A stretch of DNA of 64,000 bases from IMG/VR virus record IMGVR_UViG_3300037297_000066, positions 62,001-126,000 of that record. One strand, 5' to 3'. Below the pieces are notes generated by a model. The model was given only the letters and a program-made list of their open reading frames with translations, was not told the origin of the DNA and ran no database searches. The position numbers were made by a program, and so were the translations under genes. Within the stretch, counting starts at the first letter, position 1, and each line of letters starts with the position of its first letter. This document shows positions 46,955 to 56,473 of the stretch, one piece after another.

Positions 46955-47161
46955 GGTGTACAGTAGGGGAGCGAAGCCATTTGCGAGAGGTTCAGTGCTA
47001 CCCGTAGCCTAGGGACCGCTCGAAAGTGTGTGTTCCTTGATAGTTAAACCCTGTTTCCTGCTGGTCAGAGCCTGGTGATACAGGGTCAGAAGATCAGAGC
47101 TGGACAACCTATCGCAGAGTTCTGTCCAAAGGTCTGATCTGACACCCCTATTTAGGGGTGA
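46955..47161 (+). promoter_or_regulatory. CRISPR leader 2 (duplicate of leader 1)
   Basis: Same sequence apart from one 11-nt block and about 7 scattered substitutions. Confidence 0.8.
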
Positions 47162-49116
47162 GTCGAGGGAGGGCAATCCTCTCTCGGGAGTTTCAACGAG
47201 CGACAACATCGTGCGGACCGTCGCCAGCTGCAACGTCGAGGGAGGGGGATCCTCCCTCGGGAGTTTCAACCGGGGCAGCTACCTTCCTTTCGAGCGGTAC
47301 ACGTTGGGTCGAGGGAGGGGATCCTCCCTCGGGAGTTTCAACGTAGCTCACGTAGGCGTTCTCGGAATCGCCGGTACCTCGTCGAGGGAGGGTCCTCCTC
47401 CCTCGGGAGTTCCAAGCAGCTACTCGACGCTTTGGGCAAGCCGAATGACATCAAGTCGAGGGAGGAAAATCTTCCCTCGGGAGTTCCAAGGAGCTCGGGT
47501 CCAGGTGACTCAGACTGGTACATCTGGGTCGAGGGAGGGGATCCTCCCTCGGGAGTTCCAAGTAGGTAGTGCTCGACTGGCGTGGTCATTCGGCCTCTAC
47601 GTCGAGGGAGGGGATCCTCCCTCGGGAGTTCCAAGTGGACCACCTCGGGTGGCAGTCGCCCCGATACTAGGGTCGAGGGAGGAAAATCTTCCCTCGGGAG
47701 TTCCAAGAGATCGTCGGACATCACACCACCTCCAGCAGCTGCGAGGTCGAGGGAGGAAAATCTTCCCTCGGGAGTTCCAAGGAACGAAACTGACGGATAC
47801 TCAGCCAGCGCGTTAACGGTCGAGGGAGGGGGATCCTCCCTCGGGTGTTTCAACGAAGGACGGACACAGCAAGCCACGGACAGAGGTCGAGGGAAGGAAA
47901 TCCTCCCTCGGGAGTTCCAACTGACCCGCCTTTCGGGCAAGAGCCGCCTGGCTCGTCGAGGGAGGGTGATCCTCCCTCGGGAGTTTCAACCCGAACGCGG
48001 TAGTGGCAGCCGTGCCCCACCCCACGTCGAGGGAGGGTCCTCCTCCCTCGGGAGTTCCAACACCATATCGAAGGGAGCAGAAGCCATGAAGCAGAGTCGA
48101 GGGAGGAAAATCTTCCCTCGGGAGTTCCAAGGTACGCGAGCCTCGCGACGGTTCTGACCACAGGTGTCGAGGGAGGAAAATCTTCCCTCGGGAGTTCCAA
48201 GTCGGGGTAACGCCGTTGGCCTTGCGGCGAGTCGAGGGAGGGGTTTCCTCCCTCGGGAGTTCCAAGAGTTTGCTCAGCCGGGGTGGGTGCGTCGGAGTGC
48301 GTAGTCGAGGGAGGGGTTTCCTCCCTCGGGAGTTCCAAGATCAGCGTTCAGCGCCCATGAGATTTGATCGTGATGAGTCGAGGGAGGGTCCTCCTCCCTC
48401 GGGAGTTCCAAGTCGGGACCAGTGCCCCAGACCGCGCTGAAGTTGATGTCGAGGGAGGAAAATCTTCCCTCGGGAGTTCCAAGAGAAGCCTCGTCCCCCT
48501 TCTCCCTTTCTTCTTCCAGCGTCGAGGGAGGGGGATCCTCCCTCGGGAGTTTCAACTAAAGACCGCCGCGTCTTCCAGTTCCGCCACGAGCGGTCGAGGT
48601 AGGGGGATCCTCCCTCGGGAGTTTCAAGTTGTACACGGTGGTCGTCCCCACCTTGAGGGCACGGTCGAGGGAGGAAAATCTTCCCTCGGGAGTTCCAAGG
48701 AGGACTACCAGGCGAGGCAGGCCAAGGACGTGTTCAAGGTCGAGGGAGGGGGATCCTCCCTCGGGAGTTCCAAGACGCCCGGACCTGACGAGCCCGTAGT
48801 CCCTCCAGAAGTCGAGGGAGGGAAATACTCCCTCGGGAGTTCCAAGAGCGCCCTGATGCGTCTGGATGAAAGCTTCGCTGCCGTCGAGGGAGGAAAATCC
48901 TCCCTCGGGAGTTCCAAGAGGACGGACGACGGACGCCATTCTGTCGCTTGCTTCTTGTCGAGGGAGGGTCCTCCTCCCTCGGGAGTTCCAAGAGCTAGTC
49001 ATCCCACGGGCGTTCCGTTCGACTCGAAGTCGAGGGAGGGGGATCCTCCCTCGGGAGTTCCAAGAATGTCAGGAAGCAGTGTCGAGGGAGGGAGATCCTT
49101 CCTCGGGAATTTCAAT
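47162..49116 (+). CRISPR. CRISPR array 2: about 28 repeats, same repeat family as array 1
   Basis: Counted by eye; last spacer is only ~16 nt and the last repeat is degenerate (GAATTTCAAT). Confidence 0.97.
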
Positions 49117-50093
49117 CAATCAATCAACAACGACTCGATCAGAAGTCTCTCGTGCCAGGTCTTTCTGGGATCCGAGACCTGTTTCCACACGGACTCGAAG
49201 GACTTGTTCACGAGACGGCTCCAGTAAATGCGTTCCCCCGTGTCCAACCGCATCAAACTGACGACAGTGGCATCAATCAAGAGCACCCGGTGAACCAACC
49301 CGATGTCTCTCCGGGCCACCCAAGCACCAAGAGTGCACCACTCGGGAAGAGCACACCCCCGCACTGAAGTAGAGACAGGGTAGTGCCCCCTCAAAGGACT
49401 GTTAGAGGAGTGGCGCAGGAGCGAAGGTCCATTTGAGGAAACGAAGCTGACTTCAGTGAAGGTGATCCCAGTCTGGTCAGGGCCTCTGCCAGGGTCCACG
49501 CCCATCACTCTTCTAGAGGGATCAAAAGGCACGTTCGCTCCCATGGATACTGCCACATCTCCCCCGGCCCTCAAAATTGGTTGTACACCGGCAGGAATTA
49601 CCGTCTCTGCCTCTGGGAGAGCTCTTTCTACTATCGGGAGAGCTCCTTCTGGCAGTTCCTCAACCGAGAAGACCCTCCTCCCTATCGAAGTGTAGTCCAA
49701 CCTTTGGCGTAGAGGAGGGATCAAGGCTTGGAGACTTGTCCCCATCCCGCTCCAATCCCGTCTGCCTTCTCGGATGTAGTTTTCTACGATGTTCCGAAAG
49801 TCATCCCGGTTCTGGTTGGGACCAGACCTCCGGAAGGTTTCCCCAAAGGTCAACGGAAACGGATTAGCACCTCTGCGGTGTTCTTCTAGGAGCTTAAGTA
49901 GCCTGGAATCCTGGGGTCCCTCACACCCCTCACGAAAAGTTACCCGAACCTCGATTTCTCTGGTAGAAGGGATCACCGCAGGAACTTCTACCCGTTCCAC
50001 GTGAGGATCCGATTGGAGCGTAACCACATCTCCCCGGAGATTGATCCTATCGTCCAAAGAACGCAGGAAATAAACCAAGATCCAGGTTTCCAC
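49116..50093 (-). CDS. Hypothetical with W-tag variant (KTWHERLL)
   Basis: 325 aa ORF whose stop abuts the terminal repeat. Confidence 0.65.
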   Translation of the reverse strand: METWILVYFLRSLDDRINLRGDVVTLQSDPHVERVEVPAVIPSTREIEVRVTFREGCEGPQDSRLLKLLEEHRRGANPFPLTFGETFRRSGPNQNRDDFRNIVENYIREGRRDWSGMGTSLQALIPPLRQRLDYTSIGRRVFSVEELPEGALPIVERALPEAETVIPAGVQPILRAGGDVAVSMGANVPFDPSRRVMGVDPGRGPDQTGITFTEVSFVSSNGPSLLRHSSNSPLRGHYPVSTSVRGCALPEWCTLGAWVARRDIGLVHRVLLIDATVVSLMRLDTGERIYWSRLVNKSFESVWKQVSDPRKTWHERLLIESLLID

Positions 50094-50132
50094 GAGATGG
50101 GCAGTCTACCTGGTGTATTGTGGGGCATCAAC

Positions 50133-50432
50133 ATGACTCTTCGAATTCTGCTATTCTCCGCAATCGCTATCTTCTGCATGATCTTCCTCACCCAGGTGAT
50201 CATCCCCGCCTGGCACAACCGAAGACTCTTCCCTGCGTTCCGAAAGGACCGAAGGAAGGCACGTGTCAGGCTCGAAGAGGCCAAGGGCAAAAACCTGGCC
50301 CAGCAAGACATTCTGGAAGCCGCCCAAACCGATGTTCATACGGCTAGGATGGCTGCGGAAATCGAAGCCTGTATCGAAACCGCCTACGATGAAGCGATGG
50401 ACCCCTCAAAGTCCCGTAGAGAAAACAAGTAA
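50133..50432 (+). CDS. TM protein (start MTLRI)
   Basis: GGTG-TATTGT at 50112; TM segment; upstream partner of the SPFH gene. Confidence 0.6.
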   Translation: MTLRILLFSAIAIFCMIFLTQVIIPAWHNRRLFPAFRKDRRKARVRLEEAKGKNLAQQDILEAAQTDVHTARMAAEIEACIETAYDEAMDPSKSRRENK

Positions 50433-50455
50433 ACCCAATCCGAAAAGGAACCCAA

Positions 50456-51772
50456 ATGACACCCAAACGAATTGCACTCTTGGTCACCTCTCTCATCGTG
50501 ATGGGGGTGGTAACGATCTTGGGCTTCAAGGTCGTATGCAACGTGGACGACACCGAGATCGTCGTCCTGCAAGAACTCGACGGCGACATGGAAGTATGGA
50601 GTACTGCCGGTTGGCGCTACCAGGGATTTGGGAAGGTCACCCGTTACCCCAAGTCTCAGGAGTACACCTTCCAGCATCAAGAAGACGACCAAGGCACCAT
50701 CACCAGCACGAAGGAATGCTTGCCCATCCGCTTCAACGACAAGGGCAAGGCGGTGATTTCCGGCAACCTGTCTTGGGACATGCCGACAGATCCCGAACAG
50801 GTATTGGCCTTGCACAGCAAATACCGAAACTCTGAGGGTATCGAGAATCGGCTCGTGAAACCCGCCGTGAATCGAGCCATCTACCACTCCGGCCCCCTGA
50901 TGTCATCCAAGGAATCAGCAGGACAACGTCGTGGTGAGTTGATTCGGTTCATCCAAGATCAAGCCATCCAGGGCGTCTACAAGACCGTTTCCCGAGAGGT
51001 CGAGGAAATCGACCATCTGGCTCCTCCCGTGGAAGTAGTCGAAAAGGTCAGGGAAGCGAAGCTCGACGACAAGGGTGACCCAATGCTCGACGACAAGGGC
51101 GATCCCATCATGATCGAGGTCCCCAAGAAGGTGAAGAAGCCGGCCACCAAGAAGATCACCGTCTACGAGCCTGAAATGAAGGACGGTCAACCCTTAGTGG
51201 AAGAGGAAAGCAACGCCACGAAGTTCGGAGTTCTCCTCCACAACATCACGATCAAGAGCATCATCTACGAGCCCAAGGTTCAGGAACAGATCAACGCTCA
51301 ACGTGACATGGAGATGTCTGTCCAGACCAAGATCGCTGAAGCCAGCAAGGCCAAGCAAGATGCTGTGACGGCTGAGGAAAAAGGGAAGGCTGAAGCTGCC
51401 AAGGCCAAGTGGGAGCAGGAAGTCAAGAAGGCCCAGGCCCTCACGGCTGCCGAACAAAAGCAGGAAGTGGCCAAGAAAGACCTAGAGGCCGCCAAACTTG
51501 AACGTGAGGCTGCGATCGAACGAGCCAAAGGCGAGTCCGAGGCCAAACGACTCGTGATGCAAGCTGACGGGGCCCTTCAGCAGAAGTTGGCAGCCTGGGT
51601 CGAAGTGCAAAAGGCATACGCTGCTCAGATGGGCAAACAACGATGGGTGCCGACTATCCAGATGGGAGAAGGTTCGAGTGGAGGGGGAGCTGCTGCCGGT
51701 TTCATGCAACTCATGCAGGCTCAAGCTGCACGTCAGCTCAACCTCGACATGCAGATGGGTAGAAAGAGATAA
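50456..51772 (+). CDS. SPFH/band 7 domain protein
   Basis: N-terminal TM, IRFNDKGKA...SWDMP...LVKPAV, coiled-coil AEA/AKA tail; AAGGA RBS. Confidence 0.85.
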   Translation: MTPKRIALLVTSLIVMGVVTILGFKVVCNVDDTEIVVLQELDGDMEVWSTAGWRYQGFGKVTRYPKSQEYTFQHQEDDQGTITSTKECLPIRFNDKGKAVISGNLSWDMPTDPEQVLALHSKYRNSEGIENRLVKPAVNRAIYHSGPLMSSKESAGQRRGELIRFIQDQAIQGVYKTVSREVEEIDHLAPPVEVVEKVREAKLDDKGDPMLDDKGDPIMIEVPKKVKKPATKKITVYEPEMKDGQPLVEEESNATKFGVLLHNITIKSIIYEPKVQEQINAQRDMEMSVQTKIAEASKAKQDAVTAEEKGKAEAAKAKWEQEVKKAQALTAAEQKQEVAKKDLEAAKLEREAAIERAKGESEAKRLVMQADGALQQKLAAWVEVQKAYAAQMGKQRWVPTIQMGEGSSGGGAAAGFMQLMQAQAARQLNLDMQMGRKR

Positions 51773-51788
51773 GCTGCGCCCAGCTTTG

Positions 51789-51822
51789 GAGAGAAGGCTC
51801 CCGAACCCCGGGGGCCTTCTCT
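51789..51822 (+). terminator. Probable intrinsic terminator after SPFH
   Basis: GAGAGAAGGCTCC...GGGGCCTTCTCTC stem followed by ATTT. Confidence 0.6.
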
Positions 51823-51891
51823 CATTTGAGCGTTGTGCATCTTGTAAGATCCCGAAGAAAAAGCTATTACTTACAAGTCACCTATACCAAC

Positions 51892-52230
51892 ATGCCTCCC
51901 TCCAAACAGCAAAAACGTAAGGCCACCAACCGCCGAGAAGTACTGGTCATACGCAACCAGATAGGGCCTCTGCAGCTACCCAAAAGGAAAGAAGAGTTCC
52001 TCCGGAAGATGCTGCAGTACCGATTCAAAAACCTCTACACGAAGCTCCGAACCGACCATCCAGAAGTCTTTGAAGATCGTCGGCAGGACTACAACGGAGA
52101 GGCTCGCAACTACTGGCACTACGGGTATCTAGCGGCTCTCAAAGACTTCCTGCATCTAGTCCAACGGGGGGTATGGCCCCTTGATGCCTACAACCCCAAC
52201 CACCCCCTAGACTTGCCCGAGGACGACTGA
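51892..52230 (+). CDS. Hypothetical protein (start MPPSK)
   Basis: TGATG-coupled to the next gene. Confidence 0.55.
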   Translation: MPPSKQQKRKATNRREVLVIRNQIGPLQLPKRKEEFLRKMLQYRFKNLYTKLRTDHPEVFEDRRQDYNGEARNYWHYGYLAALKDFLHLVQRGVWPLDAYNPNHPLDLPEDD

Positions 52231-52838
52231 TGACTGCACACCTGGTAGGGGAAGACCGAACCAGAACCTTGTGTGGGATATACGTGTCAGTCCTTCCCGA
52301 GGGGGACACCTGGGCTTTTCAGTCTTCAGCCACCTACTCCAGCTGTGCTGCCTGTATCAACGCTAACAACGCCCCCGTCACAGTCCGAAGAGAGGGGTTT
52401 ACTGTACATCGAGAAGGGAACCCCCGAGTTTCAAACGAAGAGCACGGGAGTTGGGCCACGCTGCTTGGATCTGCTTTTGACTACCATCAAGAGTGCACCA
52501 AAGAACTCCAAATCAAAGTGGCCCAACTCGAAGAGGATGTCTCCGTACTGACACTGGTGTTGGCGACCTTTCTGCCTCATCTGAACTCAGAGTGCAGGGA
52601 GACTGTGATGAGCCTTCTGAAGTCGAGGCCCCTCCCCTCATGTCGCCCCGAGCTGGAGACGTCCGACGATGGCGGTGTATGGTTCAAGCCAGAGATCCTT
52701 CGAACCACCCAGGATCCCCCCACGGTGCTCACCATTTGGGAACGACTCTTAGAGGATGCGTCTCCTCCCCAACCCGTCCCGACCGTACGGCTGACTCATG
52801 GATCCGATACTGCTGAGACTGGCAAAGAAGGCGATTGA
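52230..52838 (+). CDS. Hypothetical with W-tag (LTIWERLL)
   Basis: N-terminal small Cys motif; tag. Confidence 0.6.
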   Translation: MTAHLVGEDRTRTLCGIYVSVLPEGDTWAFQSSATYSSCAACINANNAPVTVRREGFTVHREGNPRVSNEEHGSWATLLGSAFDYHQECTKELQIKVAQLEEDVSVLTLVLATFLPHLNSECRETVMSLLKSRPLPSCRPELETSDDGGVWFKPEILRTTQDPPTVLTIWERLLEDASPPQPVPTVRLTHGSDTAETGKEGD

Positions 52839-53003
52839 AGAGCACCCCCACGAGTGGGAGAATCATCGCAAGGGGAAGGCTAACGTCACCTACCTAGCAG
52901 GGTGGCTCCTGTCCGCTCTGAGAACTCAGAACCCAGACACCCAGGCCACCCTAGCCGAAGCTCGAAAAGCCATTGTAGGGGCACTTAGCCAGGATACAGA
53001 GGG

Positions 53004-53411
53004 TTGATTCCCAAAGTCGGCTCCTGGTGGCGAACCAAGAGCGCCCAGTGGCCCAGTACGGCTTTTTTACTCACAGGCTTCAGGGACGTCTTCCACGAGG
53101 TGGTTTCCATCACTGAAGAGGACGTCTGCCTGATCCAAAACGGAGCGGACCGGCCCTACTTCATCCCCAAAGACGAATTCGACCAAGGAAAGTTCAAGCC
53201 TTTCCGGCCCCGAGGCTCAATACCTTCGTGGGTGAGACCGGGGGTCCTTTTTCGTAGACCCCGGGGAAAAACCTGGACAGTCACGACGGTTCGAGGAAGG
53301 TTCTTCACCGCCGAGATCAGGTACGGCACCTTTCGGTTCTTCAGTCCTGACGAGATTTCGAACTTACGGCCGTACCTGACGTGGCACGAGCGACTTCTAT
53401 CTACAGATTGA
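53004..53411 (+). CDS. Hypothetical with W-tag variant (LTWHERLL)
   Basis: Two SH3-like repeats; tag. Confidence 0.6.
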   Translation: MIPKVGSWWRTKSAQWPSTAFLLTGFRDVFHEVVSITEEDVCLIQNGADRPYFIPKDEFDQGKFKPFRPRGSIPSWVRPGVLFRRPRGKTWTVTTVRGRFFTAEIRYGTFRFFSPDEISNLRPYLTWHERLLSTD

Positions 53412-54240
53412 GGAACTGCGAGCTTCCCTCGTTCGGCCGAGCGTGGAGATAGCGGCTAGTAGTCGCCACGTTGGCGTGCCCGAGGGTTGCTTGCACGAGG
53501 TGTATGGGGGCCCCGTTGTCCAGGGCATGGCTAGCATGAGCGTGACGCAGCCAGTGAGGGGAAGCCTTCTCGCCGATGGCATCAGCGGTCTCGTAGATGA
53601 TCTGCCGAGCTTCTCGGACACACAGAGGGTTGCCTCGCCGGCTCTTGAACACGAGGCTATGGTCGGTGTCGTTCTTCCAACGAAGTTTTCGGAGCTCGTT
53701 GACGAACTGGGCAGAGAGCTTGACGGTTCGGGTCTTACCGCCCTTCCCGTGGAAGGTGACCCTGTCGATGCTCAGGTCCGCCCATGTAAGGTTCACGGTT
53801 TCGGTGATACGGGATCCCGCCGCATATAGCAGCTTGATGAGCAGGTAGTTGCGGCCAGGCTCTGCTGCGGCCAGCAATCCCTGAACGGTTTCCTCGTTCA
53901 GGATTCTCTCGTGGAGAGTGTCTCTCACTGAGGGGGCCTTCAGGATGAGGGCCACGTTGAACACCGTGTAGCCGGTCTGGTGAGCGTACTTCATGAGGCT
54001 CTTGACCGAGCGGATCCGGCGGGCCTTCGTCGCTGGGGAGCCCACCAGGGATTCAGCATAGCGAACCACGTGGTCCACCTTGGCTTCCTGAAGACCTACA
54101 TTCTCCGACTCTAGGAACTCCAAGAACATCTGGGCATCCCGGGAGTACGCTATGGCTGTATTTTCAGGACGACCCGACAGCCAAAGTTGAACCAAATGCT
54201 TGTCGGAAGTAGCGCCGGAGTAGTTTTCAGGAAGCCGCAT
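53401..54240 (-). CDS. Tyrosine recombinase, XerC/XerD-like
   Basis: GSRITE (R), GKGGK (K), PHWLRHAHASH, LGHANVATTSRY (HxxR, H, Y). Confidence 0.95.
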   Translation of the reverse strand: MRLPENYSGATSDKHLVQLWLSGRPENTAIAYSRDAQMFLEFLESENVGLQEAKVDHVVRYAESLVGSPATKARRIRSVKSLMKYAHQTGYTVFNVALILKAPSVRDTLHERILNEETVQGLLAAAEPGRNYLLIKLLYAAGSRITETVNLTWADLSIDRVTFHGKGGKTRTVKLSAQFVNELRKLRWKNDTDHSLVFKSRRGNPLCVREARQIIYETADAIGEKASPHWLRHAHASHALDNGAPIHLVQATLGHANVATTSRYLHARPNEGSSQFLNL

Positions 54241-54244
54241 ACCT

Positions 54245-54276
54245 CAATTACACTTGAGACTCACGGATCTTAACCC
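54245..54276 (-). promoter_or_regulatory. Class A motif, copy 4 (upstream of the recombinase)
   Basis: GGGTTAAGATCCGTGAGTCTCAAGTGTAATTG, then AGGT-ATG. Confidence 0.65.
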
Positions 54277-54594
54277 GGCTTGTTGATCAAATTTGAGACC
54301 TTGCTCTAGTACTTACAAAGCGCATCCATTCAACTTTGAAAGGAAGGGCTTAGGTAGGCGAATTCCTTGATATATCTGCAGAGGGGAGGGTAAGATGGCA
54401 GTATCCGACGAATTCCGGGACGTCAGTGAATCTCTGCTGCAGGAACTTCCGGAAGTGCTGCGAAGCCTTCCAGGGTTCGAAAAGCTACCCTCCAAATGTC
54501 ACCTCAAACACCACCAAGAAACCGAGCTAAGAAAAGCGGTTGAGGGCTTGCATTTAGCCCTCAAACACATGCATCATTTCCTAGACGGAGACTA

Positions 54595-54921
54595 ATGGAC
54601 CTCAGAGACTTTGCAGAGCGGCATGAAGACCGGATTTCCCGGGCTTGGGCCACCACGTTTGCCCAGACGGGGTCTCTAGATTTGGCGGTGGTGCTGCTGG
54701 AAGTAGACCGAGACACGATCGCCATAGGGTGTGGCCTTCGAGAGAAGTTCCTGGAGCGTTTAGGCCCCGAGTTTGCCGAGTTCCAAACGCACATGCGACA
54801 ACCTGCTTACGAGATGGGGGACCCGGGCCCCTTCCATTACTGGGTGTTAGCCCTGGCCAATCAACAGGCTGCTTGTTGGCCAGTCACTCGTTGGGTCCTC
54901 TCTCCTGGAGGCTCCTGCTAG
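54595..54921 (+). CDS. Hypothetical protein
   Basis: TAATG-coupled to 54395-54595. Confidence 0.6.
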   Translation: MDLRDFAERHEDRISRAWATTFAQTGSLDLAVVLLEVDRDTIAIGCGLREKFLERLGPEFAEFQTHMRQPAYEMGDPGPFHYWVLALANQQAACWPVTRWVLSPGGSC

Positions 54922-55461
54922 TGCATGATCTTGTGGGTCAGATACAGCACCATCACGACCCCGAGGGCTCCTAAGAAGGCTCCTGTCCACTGGTAATACC
55001 AGTAGCCTACTCCTACGAAAGACACGCTGAACAAAGCCTGGATCAGGCCCCCCAAGAAGTGGTCCTCGGGAGGAGGCACGGACTTTCTAGTCCAAACGAT
55101 TTCGGGATCGGAGACCATCGGTGTACTGTAGGGGTAGCTATGGGTAAATCCTGGAAAGAAAAGACCCGATGATGTGCCAACAGACGCCACTCGACACTAG
55201 AAGGTGTCTCCCCAACAACGAGGTGGGACAGTTGATGGGGTCAATCCTCGACCATGCAGAACGGGTCGAGGGAAGGATCTTCAAGCCGGAAGAGATCAAC
55301 ATCACCAAGCGTCCCCGCCTACTGGGCATCCCCGGAGGGCTGACTTGGGAGTGGAGAGCTACGATTGGCAAATCGAGCACCCACTGGGCTTACGGATCCG
55401 GAGAAAAGCTCATACTAGAAGCGCTGTTGGGGGTCCTGGGCTCACTGCCTAGCCACAACGA

Positions 55462-56145
55462 ATGACTACACTTCCACGAGCCATCTGGGTAGCCCTTTTT
55501 AGGGGACGGAAAGAGCTTTTCGAGAGCCGCATTCGGGTCAACCTACCTTGCCAAAGGATCAACCTTCAATGGCCTCAAGAGGCCGGGGTGGCCACCAAAC
55601 TAGCCGTCTACTCTGCCAATGATCAAGAACGGGAACTCTACCAAGAGACAGTCCAGCTCAACTCAAGGGTTGATTTCAACTCGGGAGAGCGCCTCTATTG
55701 GGTTTGCTTCGAACCCAACATCCCTAGGATCTACCACATCCTAGGCACGGAGATCCCAAAGCCCGGGGAAGTCTGGAAATGGGAGGACTCTAGGGGACTG
55801 GTGCTTTCCAGCGACGGGACTCTCACCAAGGTTGCTCTCAGAGACGGAACTCACCAAGAAGTACCGACTGAGAGCCTGCTCCAGGGGGGTAGAGCAGAAA
55901 GTGTCCAGCAACCCGTCGTCGATGGTGTATGGATTGGTAGAGACGACGACATCTCCTACAAGATAGTTAGCTTTGAAGGAAACCAAATCGTGCTCTGTTC
56001 CGAAAACCTTGTCTATGACGCCACTGAGAAACGTCACGTGACAGAGACGGTTTGGGTCACACGAGAACAACTCTACCTGGACTACCGTCCCCTAGAGAAA
56101 CTAAGTGCCTGGGAGCGCCTGACTCTCTCAGACGAGGAAACATGA
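55462..56145 (+). CDS. Hypothetical with W-tag (LSAWERL)
   Basis: 227 aa ORF; coupled; tag. Confidence 0.65.
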   Translation: MTTLPRAIWVALFRGRKELFESRIRVNLPCQRINLQWPQEAGVATKLAVYSANDQERELYQETVQLNSRVDFNSGERLYWVCFEPNIPRIYHILGTEIPKPGEVWKWEDSRGLVLSSDGTLTKVALRDGTHQEVPTESLLQGGRAESVQQPVVDGVWIGRDDDISYKIVSFEGNQIVLCSENLVYDATEKRHVTETVWVTREQLYLDYRPLEKLSAWERLTLSDEET

Positions 56146-56473
56146 ACAACAATCACTATCGGGGCCCCCGCCGCCCCCCACTGTCCACTTTCGTTCCCCC
56201 CCTGACTGAGGACCAGCTAGAACTGCTACTGGCTTTCTATGACGAGGCCAACAAGACCTCTCCCGCTGTGTCAGCCGAGGAAGAGCAAGACATCTTGCGG
56301 TTGGTGGAAATGGGACTTCTGGATGTGTACTCCAAACAGGGCCGGAAGGATCACTACAGCATCAACCAGAACGGCAAGGATCGTTTGCTCGACCCTATCG
56401 GCCTAGCCAAGCGCAGGGCCAGGGAAGCAGGCTTCTCCCGAAAGCCCTACCAGAGCCGCCCTCATCACCCCTG

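Noticed and set aside
37643-49116. Both arrays having the same count of 28 repeats as evidence of a length-control mechanism
   Set aside because: Counts are by eye, and two arrays cannot distinguish this from coincidence.
47009-49261. Similar overlapping ORFs across array 2
   Set aside because: Same repeat-translation artefact.
49116-50093. ORF abutting array 2 as a CRISPR-associated gene
   Set aside because: It is on the opposite strand, has no Cas-like motifs, and carries the W-tag like many non-CRISPR accessory genes.
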